64,000 nt of DNA, taken from assembly GCA_963752285.1 (NCBI GenBank), contig CAVVXN010000002.1, positions 416,001-480,000 of the forward strand. Reading direction: 5' to 3'. The DNA is from an uncultured Planctomycetota bacterium (GTDB lineage Bacteria > Planctomycetota > PLA2 > JAEUHO01). The notes below the pieces were generated by a model. That model was not told the origin of the DNA and ran no database searches. It saw only the letters and a program-made list of their open reading frames with translations. Shown one piece after another: positions 1 to 12,780 of the stretch. A program made the position numbers and the translations under genes. Position 1 is the first letter of the stretch; each line of letters begins with the position of its first letter.

Positions 1-578
1 CACTGGTTCCGGTACACGGGAACGTCCACGTTCTCGTACTGCGGCACCCGGCACGTAGCCACGACGGGCACCTGCCTCGTCCTGTACACGGGAACCTCCA
101 CGTTCGCGTACTCCGGCACGCATCGGTTCGCGTACACGGGGATCTCCCGCGTCTCGTAGACGGGGACGTCGCACGCGCGGTACTGCGGCGTGCAGCGGCG
201 CACGTAGACGGGCACCTCGACCTCGCGGTACTGCGGCACACGGCGGCATGCCGTCTCCGCCGGGATCCTTCGCTCGCACGGGGCGCACTCGACGCGGCAC
301 GGAATCCACGCGCGACGCGTGCAGGGGACCTGACACGGGACGGTGCACGGCGGGCCGACGAGGGCCGCGTCGGCGGACACAGCCGCGTCGGCGGACGGAG
401 CCGGGACGCCGTCCGCGGGGGTGTCGAGGGCGAACGGACCCGCGGTCGGGGGCGCGTCCTCGTCGGCGGCGGCGGACAGGGACGCGACGCTGAGCGTCGC
501 GACGAAGGCGAGAGCGACATACGTGGCGATGCGGGCGAGGCGAGGAACAGCTCGCTCGGCGGGAACTCGGCAGGACAT
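1..578 (-). CDS. Secreted Cys/Val/Pro/Tyr-rich repeat protein (VPVY/VPQY repeats, reminiscent of planctomycete YTV proteins); runs off window start
   Basis: Not in the ORF track; translated by hand. ATG at 578 with GGAG RBS, signal peptide (RIATYVALAFVATLSVASLSAAA), Ala/Pro linker, then PCTVPCQVPC...VPQYREVEVPVYVRRCTPQYRACDVPVYETREIPVY... No stop before position 1. Confidence 0.75.
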   Translation of the reverse strand, partial: MSCRVPAERAVPRLARIATYVALAFVATLSVASLSAAADEDAPPTAGPFALDTPADGVPAPSADAAVSADAALVGPPCTVPCQVPCTRRAWIPCRVECAPCERRIPAETACRRVPQYREVEVPVYVRRCTPQYRACDVPVYETREIPVYANRCVPEYANVEVPVYRTRQVPVVATCRVPQYENVDVPVYRNQ

Positions 579-862
579 GGGAAATCTCCAGTGGATCCGA
601 AGGGATGTGGGTGGGGGGAATGGGAGAGGACGAGGCGCGTGGGTCGGAGACGGCCGGGCGGCGGCGGCCCGGCTGGCGACGGGCGGGGACATGTGCCGTC
701 GGGCACCGGCGGTCGTGGGCGGGTCTCGGCCCGCCGCCCCTCGGGGACGGTCCTCGCCGCCGGTTGCCCGCCCCCGCGCAGGCGGAGCCGACGGCACGAG
801 CCTCGAGAGCCCCGGGGGGCCTGGTCACGACGAGAGGGAGCCGCGGTGCGAAGCGGCCTCGG

Positions 863-1030
863 TCAGAGGGACCTCGCCCGGCGTCCGAAGAAGAACGACG
901 CGACGAGCAGCACGAGGAAGACGAAGAACAGGATCTTCGCGAAGCCGAGGGCGGTGGCGCCCAGCAACCCGAATCCGAAGACTCCGGAGACGAGGGCCAG
1001 GACGAGGAGCAGGAAGATCAAGCCGATCAT
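863..1030 (-). CDS. DUF1328 / UPF0391 small membrane protein (YtjA-like), 55 aa
   Basis: Hand-translated MIGLIFLLLVLALVSGVFGFGLLGATALGFAKILFFVFLVLLVASFFFGRRARSL, with the typical GFG..A...AKILFF pattern; AGGAG RBS. Confidence 0.85.
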   Translation of the reverse strand: MIGLIFLLLVLALVSGVFGFGLLGATALGFAKILFFVFLVLLVASFFFGRRARSL

Positions 1031-1526
1031 GTTGCAGTTCTCCTGAGGCGGCGGATCTCGAGATCGCCCGTCTTCAAGACCGGGCCCGGCGGCGAAGCGC
1101 GCGTCTCCATCGCCACACCTTCGAGACGTTCGGCTCCGAAGGAGCCTTGGTTTCGACGTGGCCCGGAACCGATCGTGCGCCCGTCACCCACGCCCGAGTC
1201 CCTCTTGGGGCTGTTGAGCCGCATGCACCAGACCAGAGGCTCGGGCGACGACCCGGATCCCCTCGCAACCGAGCGTGGCAGTCCGTGTCGCCACCTGATC
1301 AGATGCCGGGGGCCGACGATGGGCACGGGGAATCCGGCGCGGCGGGAGTCCCGGCCGGGGCGAGGAGCGTTCGGGCGGCGACGCGGGGGCCGAGACCCAC
1401 CGGTCGGCAGCGGCCGAGTCGGGATCCGAGTTCGTCGTTTCCAAGCCTCGGTGCCGTACCCGGCGCGTATGCTGACGCTTCGAGCCATCACGGGCCGTCG
1501 GGTCGTGATCCATCATGATCGTGACG

Positions 1527-1563
1527 CGTCGAGATGGTGACCCGTCGAGATGGTGACCCGTCG
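1527..1563. repeat. Short tandem repeat, 16-bp unit CGTCGAGATGGTGACC x2.3
   Basis: Exact copies at 1527-1542 and 1543-1558 plus a partial third. Confidence 0.7.
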
Positions 1564-2047
1564 CGCGTCGAGGGGACACGTCCCCTGCCGTCGCCTGCAA
1601 GGAGGGTTTCATCGTGGCAACCGGTCGAGGTCGCGGGGTCGAGAAGTTCCATTCGTCCCGAGGCGCCGCCAAAGCCCAAGGCAGCGACAAGGACCGCCAC
1701 CGCGCAACCGACCACGGCCGCGCGCAGCAGGCGATGGGCAGCGGTGGACGGTCCGGCGGCACGAAGTCGGCGGGTGGCCGTGTGCGCGGCGGATCGCATG
1801 GTGGCACCCGAGGTCGAGGGCGAACCACCGGCGGATCCCACAAGTAGCCCTGCGGGGCGGCGGGAAGCGGGCCGAGAGCGGCCCCGGGTCGAGAGCCCGG
1901 GCCCACGGAATCGGGCCCACGGAACCGGGCCGGCGGGCCTGTCGGATCCGGGCGCGATGGCTCGCAGCGCACGGGCTCGCGGTCCCGGAAGCCGAGACGC
2001 CCGGCCGGGGCGCGGGAAGCACGTGCGGACGCTCCTCTCGGAGAGGG

Positions 2048-5000
2048 TCAGCTCCGGCGACTGGCCATCGGGGCGCGCTCGCCGAGCACGAGTCCGATTC
2101 GATGGACCCCACCGTCGTCCACGAGGGGGATCTCACACGGATCCACCGGGCTCCCGTCCAGGACGGCCTCGGCGGCGCCCCGGCCCCGGCGCTCCGGGTT
2201 CTCGACCTCGATCTCGTATCGCGTCGCGCCGAATCGAAACGCGATGGAATACCCGGGCCATCCCGCGGGAATGCAGGGGGCCAGCCTGAGCGTCGCGCCG
2301 CGTCGCTGGAGCCCGAGGATGCTCTCGAGGCCGGCCCGGTACATCCAGCCGGCCGAGCCGGTGTACCAGGTCCAGCCGGCCCTTCCGGCGTGAGCGGGAT
2401 CAGCGAGCACGTCCCCGGCGAGGACGTAGGGCTCGGCCTGGTACCGCTCGACGTCACCCGCGGTCCTCGTGTGATTGACGGGATTCAGCATGTGGAAGAG
2501 CTCGACCGCCTCGTCGCCGGAACACAGCTCGGCCAGGGCCATGATCGTCCACACCGCGGCGTGTGTGTACTGGCCGCCGTTCTCTCGGACCCCGGGCGGG
2601 TAACCCTTGATGTAGCCGGGCTGCTGGGGCGAGCGGTCGAAGGGCGGCGCGAGCAGCGGCAAGATCCCGGGCCCGCGCTGGACGAGGTGCGTGCGGACGG
2701 CGTCCATGGCACGCTCGGCGAAGCGGATCGGCACCGCGGCCGAGAGCACGGCCCACGACTGGGCAACCGAGTCGATCCGACACTCGTCGTTCTGGGCGGC
2801 GCCCAGGGGGGCGCCGTCGTCGTAGTAGCCGCGCCGGTACCACTCCCCGTCCCACGACTGTTCCAGCATCTCCCCCAGGTGCCGGGCCTCGCGCCGATAG
2901 TGCTCGGCCCGTGCCCGGTCGCCTCGCGTCTCGCAGAGATCGGCAAAGTCGCACAGGATCGGGTGGAGGAAGAAGCCCAGCCACGTGCTCTCGCCCCGTC
3001 CTTGCCAGCCCACCCGGTTGAACCCGTCGTTCCAGTCTCCGCTGCCGATCCGTGGCAAGCCGTGCGCGCCGGCGGTCAAGCCCCTCTCGATGGCGCGCAG
3101 ACAGTGCTCGAAGAGGGCCGCCTGCTCCTTGGACACGCGGGGTAGGATGTAGGCCTCCTGCGACTCCGGGGCGAGCGGCGGCGCCTCGAGGAAGGGGACG
3201 ACCTCGTCCAGCACCCCCGCGTCGCCCGTCGTCCGCACGTAGTGAGCCACGGCGTGGGGAAGCCACAGCAGGTCGTCCGAGCACCGGGTGCGCGTACCGC
3301 GTCCGCTCGGCTCGTGCCACCAGTGCTGGACGTCGCCTTCCACGAATTGCCGACGTGCGGCACGCAGGAGATGCTCCCGCGCGAGGTCCGGCCGGGCCCA
3401 TCCGAGGGCCATGACGTCCTGAAGCTGATCCCGGAATCCGAACGCCCCTCCGGGCTGGTAGTAGCCCGTCCTCGCCCAGAGTCGGCAGCTCAGGTCCTGG
3501 TAGAGGAGCCAGCCGTTCATCAGCAGATCGAAGGAGTCGTCCGGCGTGCGCACCTGTACCGCGCCGAGCGTGGCGTCCCAGAGCCGACGTACCGCGGCGA
3601 GAGCCGCCTCCGCCGCCGCCGCCGGGCCGTGGCGTTCCACGAGCTGACGGACCCCCGCGGCGCTGCTCGCCTGGCCGAGCAGGAACACGAGGCTCCGCTC
3701 CTCTCCCGCGCCGAGGTCGATCGACACGTGCAGCGCCGCGCACGGGTCCAGGCCGGCCCCGAACCGGCCCGAGAGCGCCTCGCGCGCGAGGGCCGCGGGA
3801 CGCGCCAACGAGCCGTTGCGGCCGAGAAACGACGCTCGGTCGCCCGTGGCCGAGCGGAGGGCCTCGCTGGCGTGTGCGAACGCCACCTGCCCTCTCTGCT
3901 CGGTGTTGTAGGGGTTCTGGGCCAGGATGGTGCCCGTCGCCTCGTCGAGCTCGGTTACCACGTGCATCGAGTAGCCCGGGCGCGGCGGACCCAGGATCCA
4001 CTCGTTGTACGCGAAGACGCTGAGGTGGCGCCGCGAGCCCCCCTCGTTCCTCAGGGTGAGGCGCGAGAACTTGACCGGGTCCTCCGGGTCTACGAAGACG
4101 TCGAGCTGCTGCCGGAGTCCGTGTGACGATCGCGAGAAGCTCGTGCATCCCGCAGCGTGCCGGACGACGACGCGGCCGCTGGCCGACGTGCGCGGCGTCG
4201 GGCCCGGAGTCGCCGCCCACGCCTCGCCCGTGTCGTCGTCACGGACGAACAGGGCCTCGGCCGTGGGGTCGGTCACGGGGTCGTTCGAGAACGGCGTCAG
4301 GCGGTTCTCGGAGCTGTTCGTCGCCCAGGTGAACGCGGCTCCCGACGCGGTGATCACCGTTCCGAAGCGGGGATTGGCGATCACGTTCGCCCACGGAAGC
4401 GGCGTCTCCGCCTCGCCGTCCAACACGATCACGTATTCGCGGCCGTCGCCCGTGAACCCACCCAGGCCGTTGTAGAGGGAGAGCGGAGGGACGTCGATGG
4501 TCGCAGGCGACGACGTCGCGGGAGCTGGCGCGCGCGAGGGCTCGAGATCGGGCGGTTCCGGCGGCGTCCAGTCCGCGCCAACGCGATCGAGCTGTGCCGA
4601 CAGGCTCCCTTGGTCGCCGACCAGCACGGCCCGCGCCAACGCGGCGAGCAGCAGCCGCTCGGCCTCGCCCAAGCGGTCCGCACGCAGCAGGTAGGCACCG
4701 CCGGGTTGTTGGTTCCACGCCCGCCACGGGCCATTGTCGAGCAGCGCCGTGATCTGGTCGTGCATCTCGTCCAGATAGCCGATGGGGTGCTCGTTCAAGA
4801 TGACGACGTCCGCCCGGAGCCCCTTGAGCCGCCAGTACTCCTGGGCCTGCAACACCTCGCGCACCAGCGACAGATCGTCCTCCTCGACGACCCTCACGAG
4901 GAGGATCGGGAGGTCTCCCGATATCGCATGCGGCCACAGCCCCTCCTGTCCGAGCTCGCTCCGGGCCAGGATCTTCGGGCTCGCACGCAACGACTGATCG

Positions 5001-8000
5001 CGGTACAGGACGCGGGACGCCAGGCGCTCGTAGCGGATCTCGTCCTCGGGGGTGATGCCCAAGTGCAGGGACGCGCTGCGCACCTGCGCGGCAGCGAGGG
5101 CGAAGCTCCGCGCGACGGCGCTGGGGTCGCGGTACTTCTCGGCCAGCGCCAGGGCTGTCTCGCGGGAGAAGGCCAGGCCGGTCGTGAACGACATCCGCAC
5201 GAGTTCCCCGGGTGCAAGCCGGATGCGCTGACGCAGGCTCACGATGGGGTCGAGCCCGAGCCCGGTCGTGCCGGAGAGGGAGCGGCCGTCGAGCGCCTGG
5301 GGGTTCTCCAGCGACCTCCCGCGGCCCAGGAAGCGCATGCGGTCGCTCTCCCACTCGACGGGACCCAGCGACCGGCCCTCCACGCTCAGGACGTGTACGG
5401 CCCACAGCGCCTCCTCATCGACCGCGCGCGGCCGGCGCCGGCAGAGGAGCGCCGTCCTCTCCGGCAGGTACTCCGTCTCCACGAAGAGCTTTCCGAAGGC
5501 GGGATGGGCGATGTCGTCCGCCGCCGGGGCGAGGACGATCTCCGCGTAGCTCGTGACCTCGATCTCCCGGGGGCGGTCTCCCCGGTTCGTGACCGCGATC
5601 CGTCGTACCTCCACGTCGTCCTCCGTCGAGACCGCAATCTCGAGGAGCGTGGCGATGTCGTCGTCTCGGCGACGGAACGACACCTTCCCCGGGAGGAACG
5701 TCACGAGGTAGTCCTCGGGCTCTCGGCACACGGGCTGATACGCGGCCGACCACGCGGTCCCGCTTCGCACGTCCCGCAGATAGACGAACTGGCTCCCCGG
5801 GTCCCGGGTGGCGTCCTCCCGGTACCGGGTCACGACGCGGCCCCGACAGAAGCTCGCCCCCCCTCCCGCGTTCGTCACCACGGTGGTGTAGCTGCCGTTG
5901 GACAGGAACTGGGCATGAGGCCACCGCGTGTGCGGCGAGCGGAAACGACGAGGGGCGGGAGCGGTGACCGACCCCCCCGACCGCGTTTCCTCGACGGGTC
6001 GAGGTTGGACGACGGGAGCGTATCGCGGCACGCGCTCCTGTAGCAGCAGCTCCGTGGCCTCGACGCGCGGGTCCGCGTGGAACCGCTTCACCATGGGGTC
6101 GCCCAGGAGCACGTTGGCGAGCGAGACGAGGGTCATCCCCTGGTGGTGCGCCATGTACGTCTTCACGATCGTTCCGCGCGAAGGGCCATCCCCCTCGGCG
6201 GCGCCCGGGTCCTCGTCGGGCGTCACGTGGCTGTAGTCGATGGCCTCGTAGTACCCGTAGGCACCCGTCAGTCCACGCGCGGCCAGGCGCCGCAGGTTGC
6301 GAGCCGCGAGTCGGGGCTCGACCATCGCGGCGAGGGCGGTCGCGTAGGGGGCCACCACCAGCTCGTCTCCGAGGCCCCGCTTCAGGCCCAGGCCGGGAAC
6401 GCCAAACGCCTTGTATTGGTAGACTCGATGGCGGTCCACGAGTCCGTAGGCACACTCCGAGATCCCCCAGGGGGACCCTCGCCCCGCCGCGTACTCGATC
6501 TGCCGGCGAACGGCCATCCGACAGGACTGGTCGAGGAGGGTCTCCGGGTAGCTCCTCATCACCAGGAGCGGCATGAGGTACTCGAAGAGCGTGCCGCTCC
6601 AGGAGAGCAGCGTGGGCGTCCCGTCGATGCTCGTGAGCAACCGCCCCAGGTGAAACCAGTGCGCTTCGGCCACGTCGCCCCGCGCGATGGCGATGAAACT
6701 CGCCAGACGCGCTTCCGATGCGAGGAGGTCGTAGTAGGACGCGTCGAGTCGGCCCGGCCTCTCCGCATCCGCGAGGTGATAGCCAATCGAGAGGATCCGG
6801 CGCTGCGGGTCGTGGAGGAAGCCAAAACCCATACCGTCCGCGAACGCGGCCGCGCGGCGGGCGAGCCGCTCGAGACCGACCTCGCGCAGGCCCTCGGCCA
6901 GCGCCAGGAGCGAGCCGGCCAGGTTCCCGCTGTCGACGGTCGATACGTACCGGGGGTAGAGGGGCGCCAGGCTCGTCGTGTCGTACCAGTTGAGCAGATG
7001 ACCCTCGAAGCGCTCCAGCCCCTCCATGGTCGTGAGGGTCGCTTCGATCCGCTCGGCCAGGGCGTCCGTCGCAATGAAGCCGAGGTCGTGCGCGGCCAAC
7101 GTAGCGAGCAACCCCATGCCGATGTTCGTGGGAGAAGTCCGGTGGGCCACCCGGGGCTCGGGCGTCTCCTGGAAGTTGTCGGCGGGCAGGCTGTGGCTGT
7201 CGGGGCCCATGAACGCCTCGAAGAACCGCCAGGTCTCGCGTGCGACCTGCTCGAAGAGCGTGCGGTCCTCCGGGCTCAGGTCCCGCCGGTGGTCGCGGAC
7301 GGGTCGACTCAACGCGTAGGCGATCAGCGGGGCGACGGCCCACAGGGCGAGCACGGGCGCGGCCGCCGGCAGTGCGGCCGGGCGGACCACCCACACGACG
7401 ACGAGGCCGAAGAGGGCCATCAGCGGACTGGCGATCATCCCTCGTGCGAATGTCCGCACGCGGGGCGGGCCGCCGCCCCGCTCCGCGCTGGCCGCCGCCG
7501 TTTCCCACTCCAGCATCCGGCGATGCGTGACGGAGATCCGGACGAGGGTCAACGCGATCGCGTGCGCCCCCTGCCAGGCCTCGTTGGCCAGGAAGGCGAG
7601 GCGCAGCCCGGTCTGGGCGAGCGCCTCGCTCACGTCGTTCGCCAGGAGGCGAACGAACACGTGCCATGGCTGACGCGGCCTCGGTCCGGCGGCGCCCTGC
7701 AGGATCAGCGGGTAGAGCGGAAACGCCAGGGAGACCAGGAGCGCGGCGGTCCACACCGCCGGACTTCCCGGCAGGGTCGTCCAGGCGAGGAAGAGCAAGA
7801 CGACGGTGGCCGGGGCCAGGAGACTGCGCCTCAGGTTGTCGAGGATCTTCCAGCGCGAAACGAGGGGGAGACGGTTGCGCTGAAGGCCGGACCGTGTCGG
7901 GACGAACGGGAACAGCCACCACAGGATCTGCCAGTCACCGCGCACCCAACGGTGTTGGCGGCGCGTGTGGGCGAGGAAGGTCGAGGGATAGTCGTCTACG

Positions 8001-10306
8001 ACCTCGACGTCCGAGACGAGCGCCGTGCGGGCGTACAACCCCTCGAAGAGGTCATGGGAGAGAACGGCGTTCTCCGGCACCCGCCCATCGAGTGCGGCGA
8101 TGAACGCGTCCACGTCGTACAGTCCCTTGCCGGTGAAGATCCCCTCCGAGAAGAGATCCTGGTAGGTGTCCGAAACCGCGGTCGTGTAGGGATCCACGCC
8201 CGTGTGCCCCGCATAGAGCCGAGAGAACAGCGAGCTCGCGGCGCTCTTCATGGTGACGCTGACCCGTGGCTGCAAAATTCCGTATCCTCGGGTAACGCGA
8301 CCGACGCGGGCGTCGAAGTGGGGCTGGTTCAGGGGATGGGCGGCGATCCCGATGAGAGCCTTCGCCGCGTCGCGTGGGAGTCGCGTGTCGGTGTCGAGCG
8401 TGATGCAGTACCGTACCCGTGGGAAGATCCCGGCGTCTCCGGCCTCCACCGAGAAGCTCGTGTCCTTCGCTCCGCGTAGGAGGCGGTTCCACTCCTCGAT
8501 CTTGCCGCGTTTGCGCTCCCAACCCATCCACACGCCTTCGCCCGCGTTCCACTGGCGCACCCGATGGACGAGGTAGAAACGGTCGGTACGCCCCTCACCA
8601 TAGCGCGTGTTGAGTGCTTCGACGCCCGCCCGTGCCGCGGCGAGTATCGCTGGGTCCTCCGGCATCTCCCGGGCCCGGGCGTCTGCGAAATCGCTCAGGA
8701 TGGCGAAGTGCACGTGCGGATCGAGGTTGCCCAGGGCGAGCACCTCGAGGTGCTCGAGCAGAGGGGCAATGCGCTCGACGCTCGTGAGCAGCGTCGGTAC
8801 GACCACGATGGTCCGCGCGCTCTCCGGGACGCCCCCCTGGAAATCGAGGCGGGGAAGACGCTGCGGCCGGACGAGACGGGCGCACGCGCGTTGGACCGCG
8901 GCGATGGCGAGGTCGCTGGCCGGGAACAGGAGCACGAGCGCCACCCAGGCCTGCGCCCAGGGGGAGACGGTGTGGCGCGCAACGTACGCGCAGCCGAGCC
9001 CGAGCAGGAGCGCGGTGAGGGCCGCGATGGACCCGAAGTACGCCAGCCCCGCGTGGGCGAAGATGAAGCGTCGTATGCGACGGCCGAATCTGGGCCGGTG
9101 TGCGACATCGGCCTCGAGGTTCGCGCGACCTCTCCCGATCAGGTAGTGGCCCACGTGGGTCGCGGTACCCGAGGCTCCCTTCTCGGCAGCCTGCCGTGCG
9201 CTCTCCACCGCCCGGAGGGCTACGCGGAGCTGGGCGTCCCCGCTGGCGTCGGCCAGGATCTCCACGGCCCGGCGGTATCGGTCGCGGCTCAGGAAGTCCA
9301 TTCTTCCGTAGTCACCCGACGGGTCGCGCTGCAGCACCCCTTCGACGAGGCTCACGGACTCGAAGTACCGACTCCAGTCGAGGGTGGCGGAGAGGCGCAG
9401 GCTCGTGACGGCGTTCGCCACGGAGACCTGGGCGGCGGCCTCGCGCTGGTGCTCGCTTCGCACCGCGTCGTCCGAGGCGGTCTGTTCCGCGACGAGATGC
9501 GAATCCACGGCCGTGCGGACCGCGGAGAGACGGGGGCCGTACTCGCGCGCGAGCTGCAGGAGCTGCACCACGAACGCCGGGTGGATCCGGGTCGGCAGCG
9601 GCGGCGACTGGCCGTGGCCGACGGCGTCGATCTGCGCGACGTAGGCCTTGGCGGCCTGGCGCGCCTGGCGCGCCTCGATGGCCTCCTCCGCGAGGCGACG
9701 CAGGTTCTCGATGAGGGCGAGCTCGAGCGTGCTCGGCCACGCCCACAGCTCGCCGATCGTGAGCCGTGCGACGGTCTGGTAACTGTCCATGAAGCGCACC
9801 AGCTGCAGGCGGTCCAGGCGGCTGTCGCTGTGGCGGACGAGCGCGACGGCCATCGCGTAGACCCGGGCCTGGCCTCTGCACTCCTCCGCGGCGAGCTTGG
9901 GCAGCTCGCGGTAGTAGCCTCGGGGGAGATTCTGGCGTATTTCGCGGATCTCGGAGGCGATCAGGTGGTAGTTGTCGAGAAGCCACTCCGCGGCGCCCGT
10001 GACGACCTCGCCGCTGTGGACGTCCTGCGCCATGACGAGATACGCCTTGCGCAGCACGCGGGCGTTCTCGTCGAACCGCGAGAACAGGTCGGGCGCCGAC
10101 CGCGGCGGTGAGGGGTCGAGGGTCAGGCGAGCGGCGAGGGACTTGGCCCTCTCCTCGAGCCGTTCGATGTCGAGCAGCTCGTCCCGAAGCGGCTTCTCCG
10201 GCGTGCCGGCGCGGCGGAGACCGAGGAGCCGCAGCGTCGCACAGAGCATTCGGGCCACGGCCACGCCCGCACCTTTCCCACCCGAGCCCGTGGATGGATC
10301 TACCAA
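2048..10306 (-). CDS. ndvB: Cyclic beta-1,2-glucan synthase (Cgs/NdvB/ChvB: GT84 + TM region + glucoamylase-like cyclisation domain + GH94 phosphorylase); probable start ATG 10249
   Basis: 2752 aa. Motifs [93 protein letters not shown]. Confidence 0.95.
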   Translation of the reverse strand: MVDPSTGSGGKGAGVAVARMLCATLRLLGLRRAGTPEKPLRDELLDIERLEERAKSLAARLTLDPSPPRSAPDLFSRFDENARVLRKAYLVMAQDVHSGEVVTGAAEWLLDNYHLIASEIREIRQNLPRGYYRELPKLAAEECRGQARVYAMAVALVRHSDSRLDRLQLVRFMDSYQTVARLTIGELWAWPSTLELALIENLRRLAEEAIEARQARQAAKAYVAQIDAVGHGQSPPLPTRIHPAFVVQLLQLAREYGPRLSAVRTAVDSHLVAEQTASDDAVRSEHQREAAAQVSVANAVTSLRLSATLDWSRYFESVSLVEGVLQRDPSGDYGRMDFLSRDRYRRAVEILADASGDAQLRVALRAVESARQAAEKGASGTATHVGHYLIGRGRANLEADVAHRPRFGRRIRRFIFAHAGLAYFGSIAALTALLLGLGCAYVARHTVSPWAQAWVALVLLFPASDLAIAAVQRACARLVRPQRLPRLDFQGGVPESARTIVVVPTLLTSVERIAPLLEHLEVLALGNLDPHVHFAILSDFADARAREMPEDPAILAAARAGVEALNTRYGEGRTDRFYLVHRVRQWNAGEGVWMGWERKRGKIEEWNRLLRGAKDTSFSVEAGDAGIFPRVRYCITLDTDTRLPRDAAKALIGIAAHPLNQPHFDARVGRVTRGYGILQPRVSVTMKSAASSLFSRLYAGHTGVDPYTTAVSDTYQDLFSEGIFTGKGLYDVDAFIAALDGRVPENAVLSHDLFEGLYARTALVSDVEVVDDYPSTFLAHTRRQHRWVRGDWQILWWLFPFVPTRSGLQRNRLPLVSRWKILDNLRRSLLAPATVVLLFLAWTTLPGSPAVWTAALLVSLAFPLYPLILQGAAGPRPRQPWHVFVRLLANDVSEALAQTGLRLAFLANEAWQGAHAIALTLVRISVTHRRMLEWETAAASAERGGGPPRVRTFARGMIASPLMALFGLVVVWVVRPAALPAAAPVLALWAVAPLIAYALSRPVRDHRRDLSPEDRTLFEQVARETWRFFEAFMGPDSHSLPADNFQETPEPRVAHRTSPTNIGMGLLATLAAHDLGFIATDALAERIEATLTTMEGLERFEGHLLNWYDTTSLAPLYPRYVSTVDSGNLAGSLLALAEGLREVGLERLARRAAAFADGMGFGFLHDPQRRILSIGYHLADAERPGRLDASYYDLLASEARLASFIAIARGDVAEAHWFHLGRLLTSIDGTPTLLSWSGTLFEYLMPLLVMRSYPETLLDQSCRMAVRRQIEYAAGRGSPWGISECAYGLVDRHRVYQYKAFGVPGLGLKRGLGDELVVAPYATALAAMVEPRLAARNLRRLAARGLTGAYGYYEAIDYSHVTPDEDPGAAEGDGPSRGTIVKTYMAHHQGMTLVSLANVLLGDPMVKRFHADPRVEATELLLQERVPRYAPVVQPRPVEETRSGGSVTAPAPRRFRSPHTRWPHAQFLSNGSYTTVVTNAGGGASFCRGRVVTRYREDATRDPGSQFVYLRDVRSGTAWSAAYQPVCREPEDYLVTFLPGKVSFRRRDDDIATLLEIAVSTEDDVEVRRIAVTNRGDRPREIEVTSYAEIVLAPAADDIAHPAFGKLFVETEYLPERTALLCRRRPRAVDEEALWAVHVLSVEGRSLGPVEWESDRMRFLGRGRSLENPQALDGRSLSGTTGLGLDPIVSLRQRIRLAPGELVRMSFTTGLAFSRETALALAEKYRDPSAVARSFALAAAQVRSASLHLGITPEDEIRYERLASRVLYRDQSLRASPKILARSELGQEGLWPHAISGDLPILLVRVVEEDDLSLVREVLQAQEYWRLKGLRADVVILNEHPIGYLDEMHDQITALLDNGPWRAWNQQPGGAYLLRADRLGEAERLLLAALARAVLVGDQGSLSAQLDRVGADWTPPEPPDLEPSRAPAPATSSPATIDVPPLSLYNGLGGFTGDGREYVIVLDGEAETPLPWANVIANPRFGTVITASGAAFTWATNSSENRLTPFSNDPVTDPTAEALFVRDDDTGEAWAATPGPTPRTSASGRVVVRHAAGCTSFSRSSHGLRQQLDVFVDPEDPVKFSRLTLRNEGGSRRHLSVFAYNEWILGPPRPGYSMHVVTELDEATGTILAQNPYNTEQRGQVAFAHASEALRSATGDRASFLGRNGSLARPAALAREALSGRFGAGLDPCAALHVSIDLGAGEERSLVFLLGQASSAAGVRQLVERHGPAAAAEAALAAVRRLWDATLGAVQVRTPDDSFDLLMNGWLLYQDLSCRLWARTGYYQPGGAFGFRDQLQDVMALGWARPDLAREHLLRAARRQFVEGDVQHWWHEPSGRGTRTRCSDDLLWLPHAVAHYVRTTGDAGVLDEVVPFLEAPPLAPESQEAYILPRVSKEQAALFEHCLRAIERGLTAGAHGLPRIGSGDWNDGFNRVGWQGRGESTWLGFFLHPILCDFADLCETRGDRARAEHYRREARHLGEMLEQSWDGEWYRRGYYDDGAPLGAAQNDECRIDSVAQSWAVLSAAVPIRFAERAMDAVRTHLVQRGPGILPLLAPPFDRSPQQPGYIKGYPPGVRENGGQYTHAAVWTIMALAELCSGDEAVELFHMLNPVNHTRTAGDVERYQAEPYVLAGDVLADPAHAGRAGWTWYTGSAGWMYRAGLESILGLQRRGATLRLAPCIPAGWPGYSIAFRFGATRYEIEVENPERRGRGAAEAVLDGSPVDPCEIPLVDDGGVHRIGLVLGERAPMASRRS

Positions 10307-10424
10307 GCTCCGCGCGGCTCGGACTCGCCAATGGTAGCATGCGCAGACGTCGTTCGCTGGGTGGCGACTCGCGGGTAACCTCGTCCGTTGGCGAAGCCGC
10401 GACCCGAAGCCGGAGCACCGACCG

Positions 10425-12677
10425 ATGGAGGACTTCTTCGAGGCTGCACCTCTGGGGATTCACGTCGCGCGCGCCGACGGGCTCATCCTCCGCGCCAACG
10501 CGGCGGAGCTCGCGTTGGTCGGCCATCCCCACGAGGCGTACGTGGGAAAGTTCCTCGCGGACTTCCACGTGGACCGTGGCACCATCGACGATCTGTTCGC
10601 ACGTCTCGCGCGTGGGGAGACCGTCTTCGACCTCGTATCCCGCGTGCGGCGCGCGGACGGCACGATCCGGTGGCTTCGGATGAGTGCGAACGCCGTCGTC
10701 GAGGGAGGAGCCTTCGTCCGATCGCACTGCTTCAGCCGGGACGTCACCGAATCCAGGGAGGCGGAGGCGGCCGTGCGGTCGAGCGAGAGGCAGTACCATC
10801 GCCTCGTAGAGGGCGCGCGCGACTATGCGGTCCACGGCATGGACCCCGACGGCCGCGTCGCGACGTGGAACCCCGGCGCCGAACAGCTCTTCGGTTGGAC
10901 CGAGGGCGAGGTCCTCGGCCGCGACTTCTCCATGTTCTTCGCTCCGGAGGACCTGGCCGCGGGTATGAGCGACCGCATGCTGCGGCTGGCCTGCAACGAG
11001 GGTCGCTTCCACCACGTCGGCTGGCGGACCCGCAAGGACGGGTCGCGGTTCTGGGCCGAGACGACGCTCACCGCCCTACGGGATCCCGAAGGACGCGTAC
11101 AGGAGATCGCCCACGTGACGCGCGACGCGTCCGAACGGCGGCGCCTGGACGCCCTGCGGCGCCGGGCGGCGGACCTCTCGGCGGCGAACGCCGCCATCAT
11201 GCGGGCGCAGCGAGAGACCGTGCATCGGCTCGGCTCCGTCGCCTCACACTTCGACGTGCCGATGGCCGCCCTCGAGCGCGCCGCGGCGCGGCTCGACGCC
11301 CCGCGGGCCTCGGAGAAGGTGAGGCGCGCCGCTGCGGACGCCGTGCGGGACGGCGTGGCGGCGCTGCGGACGTCGCTCGCGCGCTGGCAGGAGGGCGCGA
11401 GGACGGCGGCGGGCGGGCTGGACCTCCAGGTCAGCGCGGTGGACCTCCTCCGCCTGGCCGTCGAGGCGCGGGACGTGCTGCGGGAGCCCGCGCTCGCGCG
11501 TGAGATCCGGGTGGAGGTCGACGTGGACCCCGAGCTGAGCTCCGTGCGGGTGGAGAACGGCCACCTCGAGCTCGTCCTCTACAACCTCCTGGCGAACGCG
11601 ATCCAGCGGAGTCGGGAGGGCAGCCTCGTCGCGATCCGGGTTCTGCCCGAGGGCCCCGGCTCGTTTCGGATCGAAGCCGAGGACGCGGGGATCGGGCTCT
11701 CGCCCGACGAGATCGCCCGGATCCTTCGGGGCGACGACGACGCCGGGTCCGGGCGCCAGGCCACCGAGCAGTGGATCGCTCCCACCTTGCAGATCGTCGA
11801 GCAGCGAGGAGGGCGCTTCAGCGTCAAGAGCGTCCCCGGGCGGGGGAGCCTGTTCTCGGCCGTCCTGCCTCGGAAGCCGCTCCGGGGTGTCGCGCTGGGA
11901 ACGGACGGCGAGGGCCGAGCCGCCGGGCCGGGAGCCAAGGTCGGCGTCGTGCTCGTCGTGGCCGACAGCGCGGCCGCACGAGCGAGCCTGGGGTGGGCGT
12001 TCGGGGCGATCGGGTGGGAGGTGGTCCAGATGGTCTCGGTCGAGGAGGCCTTCGGCGTCCTTCGATCGCACACCTTCGATGTGGTCGCCGTGGACATGAC
12101 GCTCACCAAGGTCGGGGCCGTGGACTTCGTGACGCGCCTCCGCCGGGAGGGCCTCAGCCGCTCGATCCCGCACGTGCTGGCCGCCGTGCACGCGGGGGCC
12201 GCCGGCGTGGCCGGTCTGCTCGTGGCGGACGTCGTGCCCCAGCCCGCCCCGGCCGACAACCTCTTCGCGGCGCTCGAGCGCGCGTGCGTCCCCCGCGGAC
12301 GCGACGGGACCGTCCTGATCCTGGGGGGCGACGCCGAGACGCTGCGCACCACCCGCGAGACGCTCGACATGCTCGGCTATCACCCCGTTCAGGAGACCGA
12401 TTCCGACCGTGCGCTTCGCTGGTGCGCCGAGCGGGCTCCGTCGGCGGTCGTCCTGTCTCCGCTTCCCCTGGGTCCCGACGCGTTCGAGTTCGTGCACCAT
12501 CTCCGGAGGAGTCCGGAGCTCCGGCACACGCCGTTGCTCCTCCAGGCGCCGAGGTCGTTGGCCCCCGTGCAGATCGAGGCGCTGCGCAAGGCGGCGGCTG
12601 AGGCGATCCAGCGGGGGGAGGGAGACGTCCGACAGGTTCTCGAGGACGCGGGGTGGGCCTTGAGCGTCACCGCGTGA
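10425..12677 (+). CDS. PAS-PAS / HisKA-like / HATPase / REC-REC hybrid sensor, degenerate
   Basis: Two PAS-PAC repeats ([31 protein letters not shown]), N-box NLLANA, G1 DAGIG, two receiver-like folds. Confidence 0.85.
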   Translation: MEDFFEAAPLGIHVARADGLILRANAAELALVGHPHEAYVGKFLADFHVDRGTIDDLFARLARGETVFDLVSRVRRADGTIRWLRMSANAVVEGGAFVRSHCFSRDVTESREAEAAVRSSERQYHRLVEGARDYAVHGMDPDGRVATWNPGAEQLFGWTEGEVLGRDFSMFFAPEDLAAGMSDRMLRLACNEGRFHHVGWRTRKDGSRFWAETTLTALRDPEGRVQEIAHVTRDASERRRLDALRRRAADLSAANAAIMRAQRETVHRLGSVASHFDVPMAALERAAARLDAPRASEKVRRAAADAVRDGVAALRTSLARWQEGARTAAGGLDLQVSAVDLLRLAVEARDVLREPALAREIRVEVDVDPELSSVRVENGHLELVLYNLLANAIQRSREGSLVAIRVLPEGPGSFRIEAEDAGIGLSPDEIARILRGDDDAGSGRQATEQWIAPTLQIVEQRGGRFSVKSVPGRGSLFSAVLPRKPLRGVALGTDGEGRAAGPGAKVGVVLVVADSAAARASLGWAFGAIGWEVVQMVSVEEAFGVLRSHTFDVVAVDMTLTKVGAVDFVTRLRREGLSRSIPHVLAAVHAGAAGVAGLLVADVVPQPAPADNLFAALERACVPRGRDGTVLILGGDAETLRTTRETLDMLGYHPVQETDSDRALRWCAERAPSAVVLSPLPLGPDAFEFVHHLRRSPELRHTPLLLQAPRSLAPVQIEALRKAAAEAIQRGEGDVRQVLEDAGWALSVTA

Positions 12678-12780
12678 GCGGACATCGCAAGCCTGGGCGC
12701 AGCCAGGACTTGTGCGCGGCGCCCGGATCCCCATCGGTCAGATCGTCCTCCGCCAGGCCGTGCGGATATCCTGGGGGTCC

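Noticed and set aside
1488..1841. 117-aa minus-strand ORF with a hydrophobic stretch
   Set aside because: No recognisable family or clear RBS. It may be a real small membrane protein but cannot be supported.
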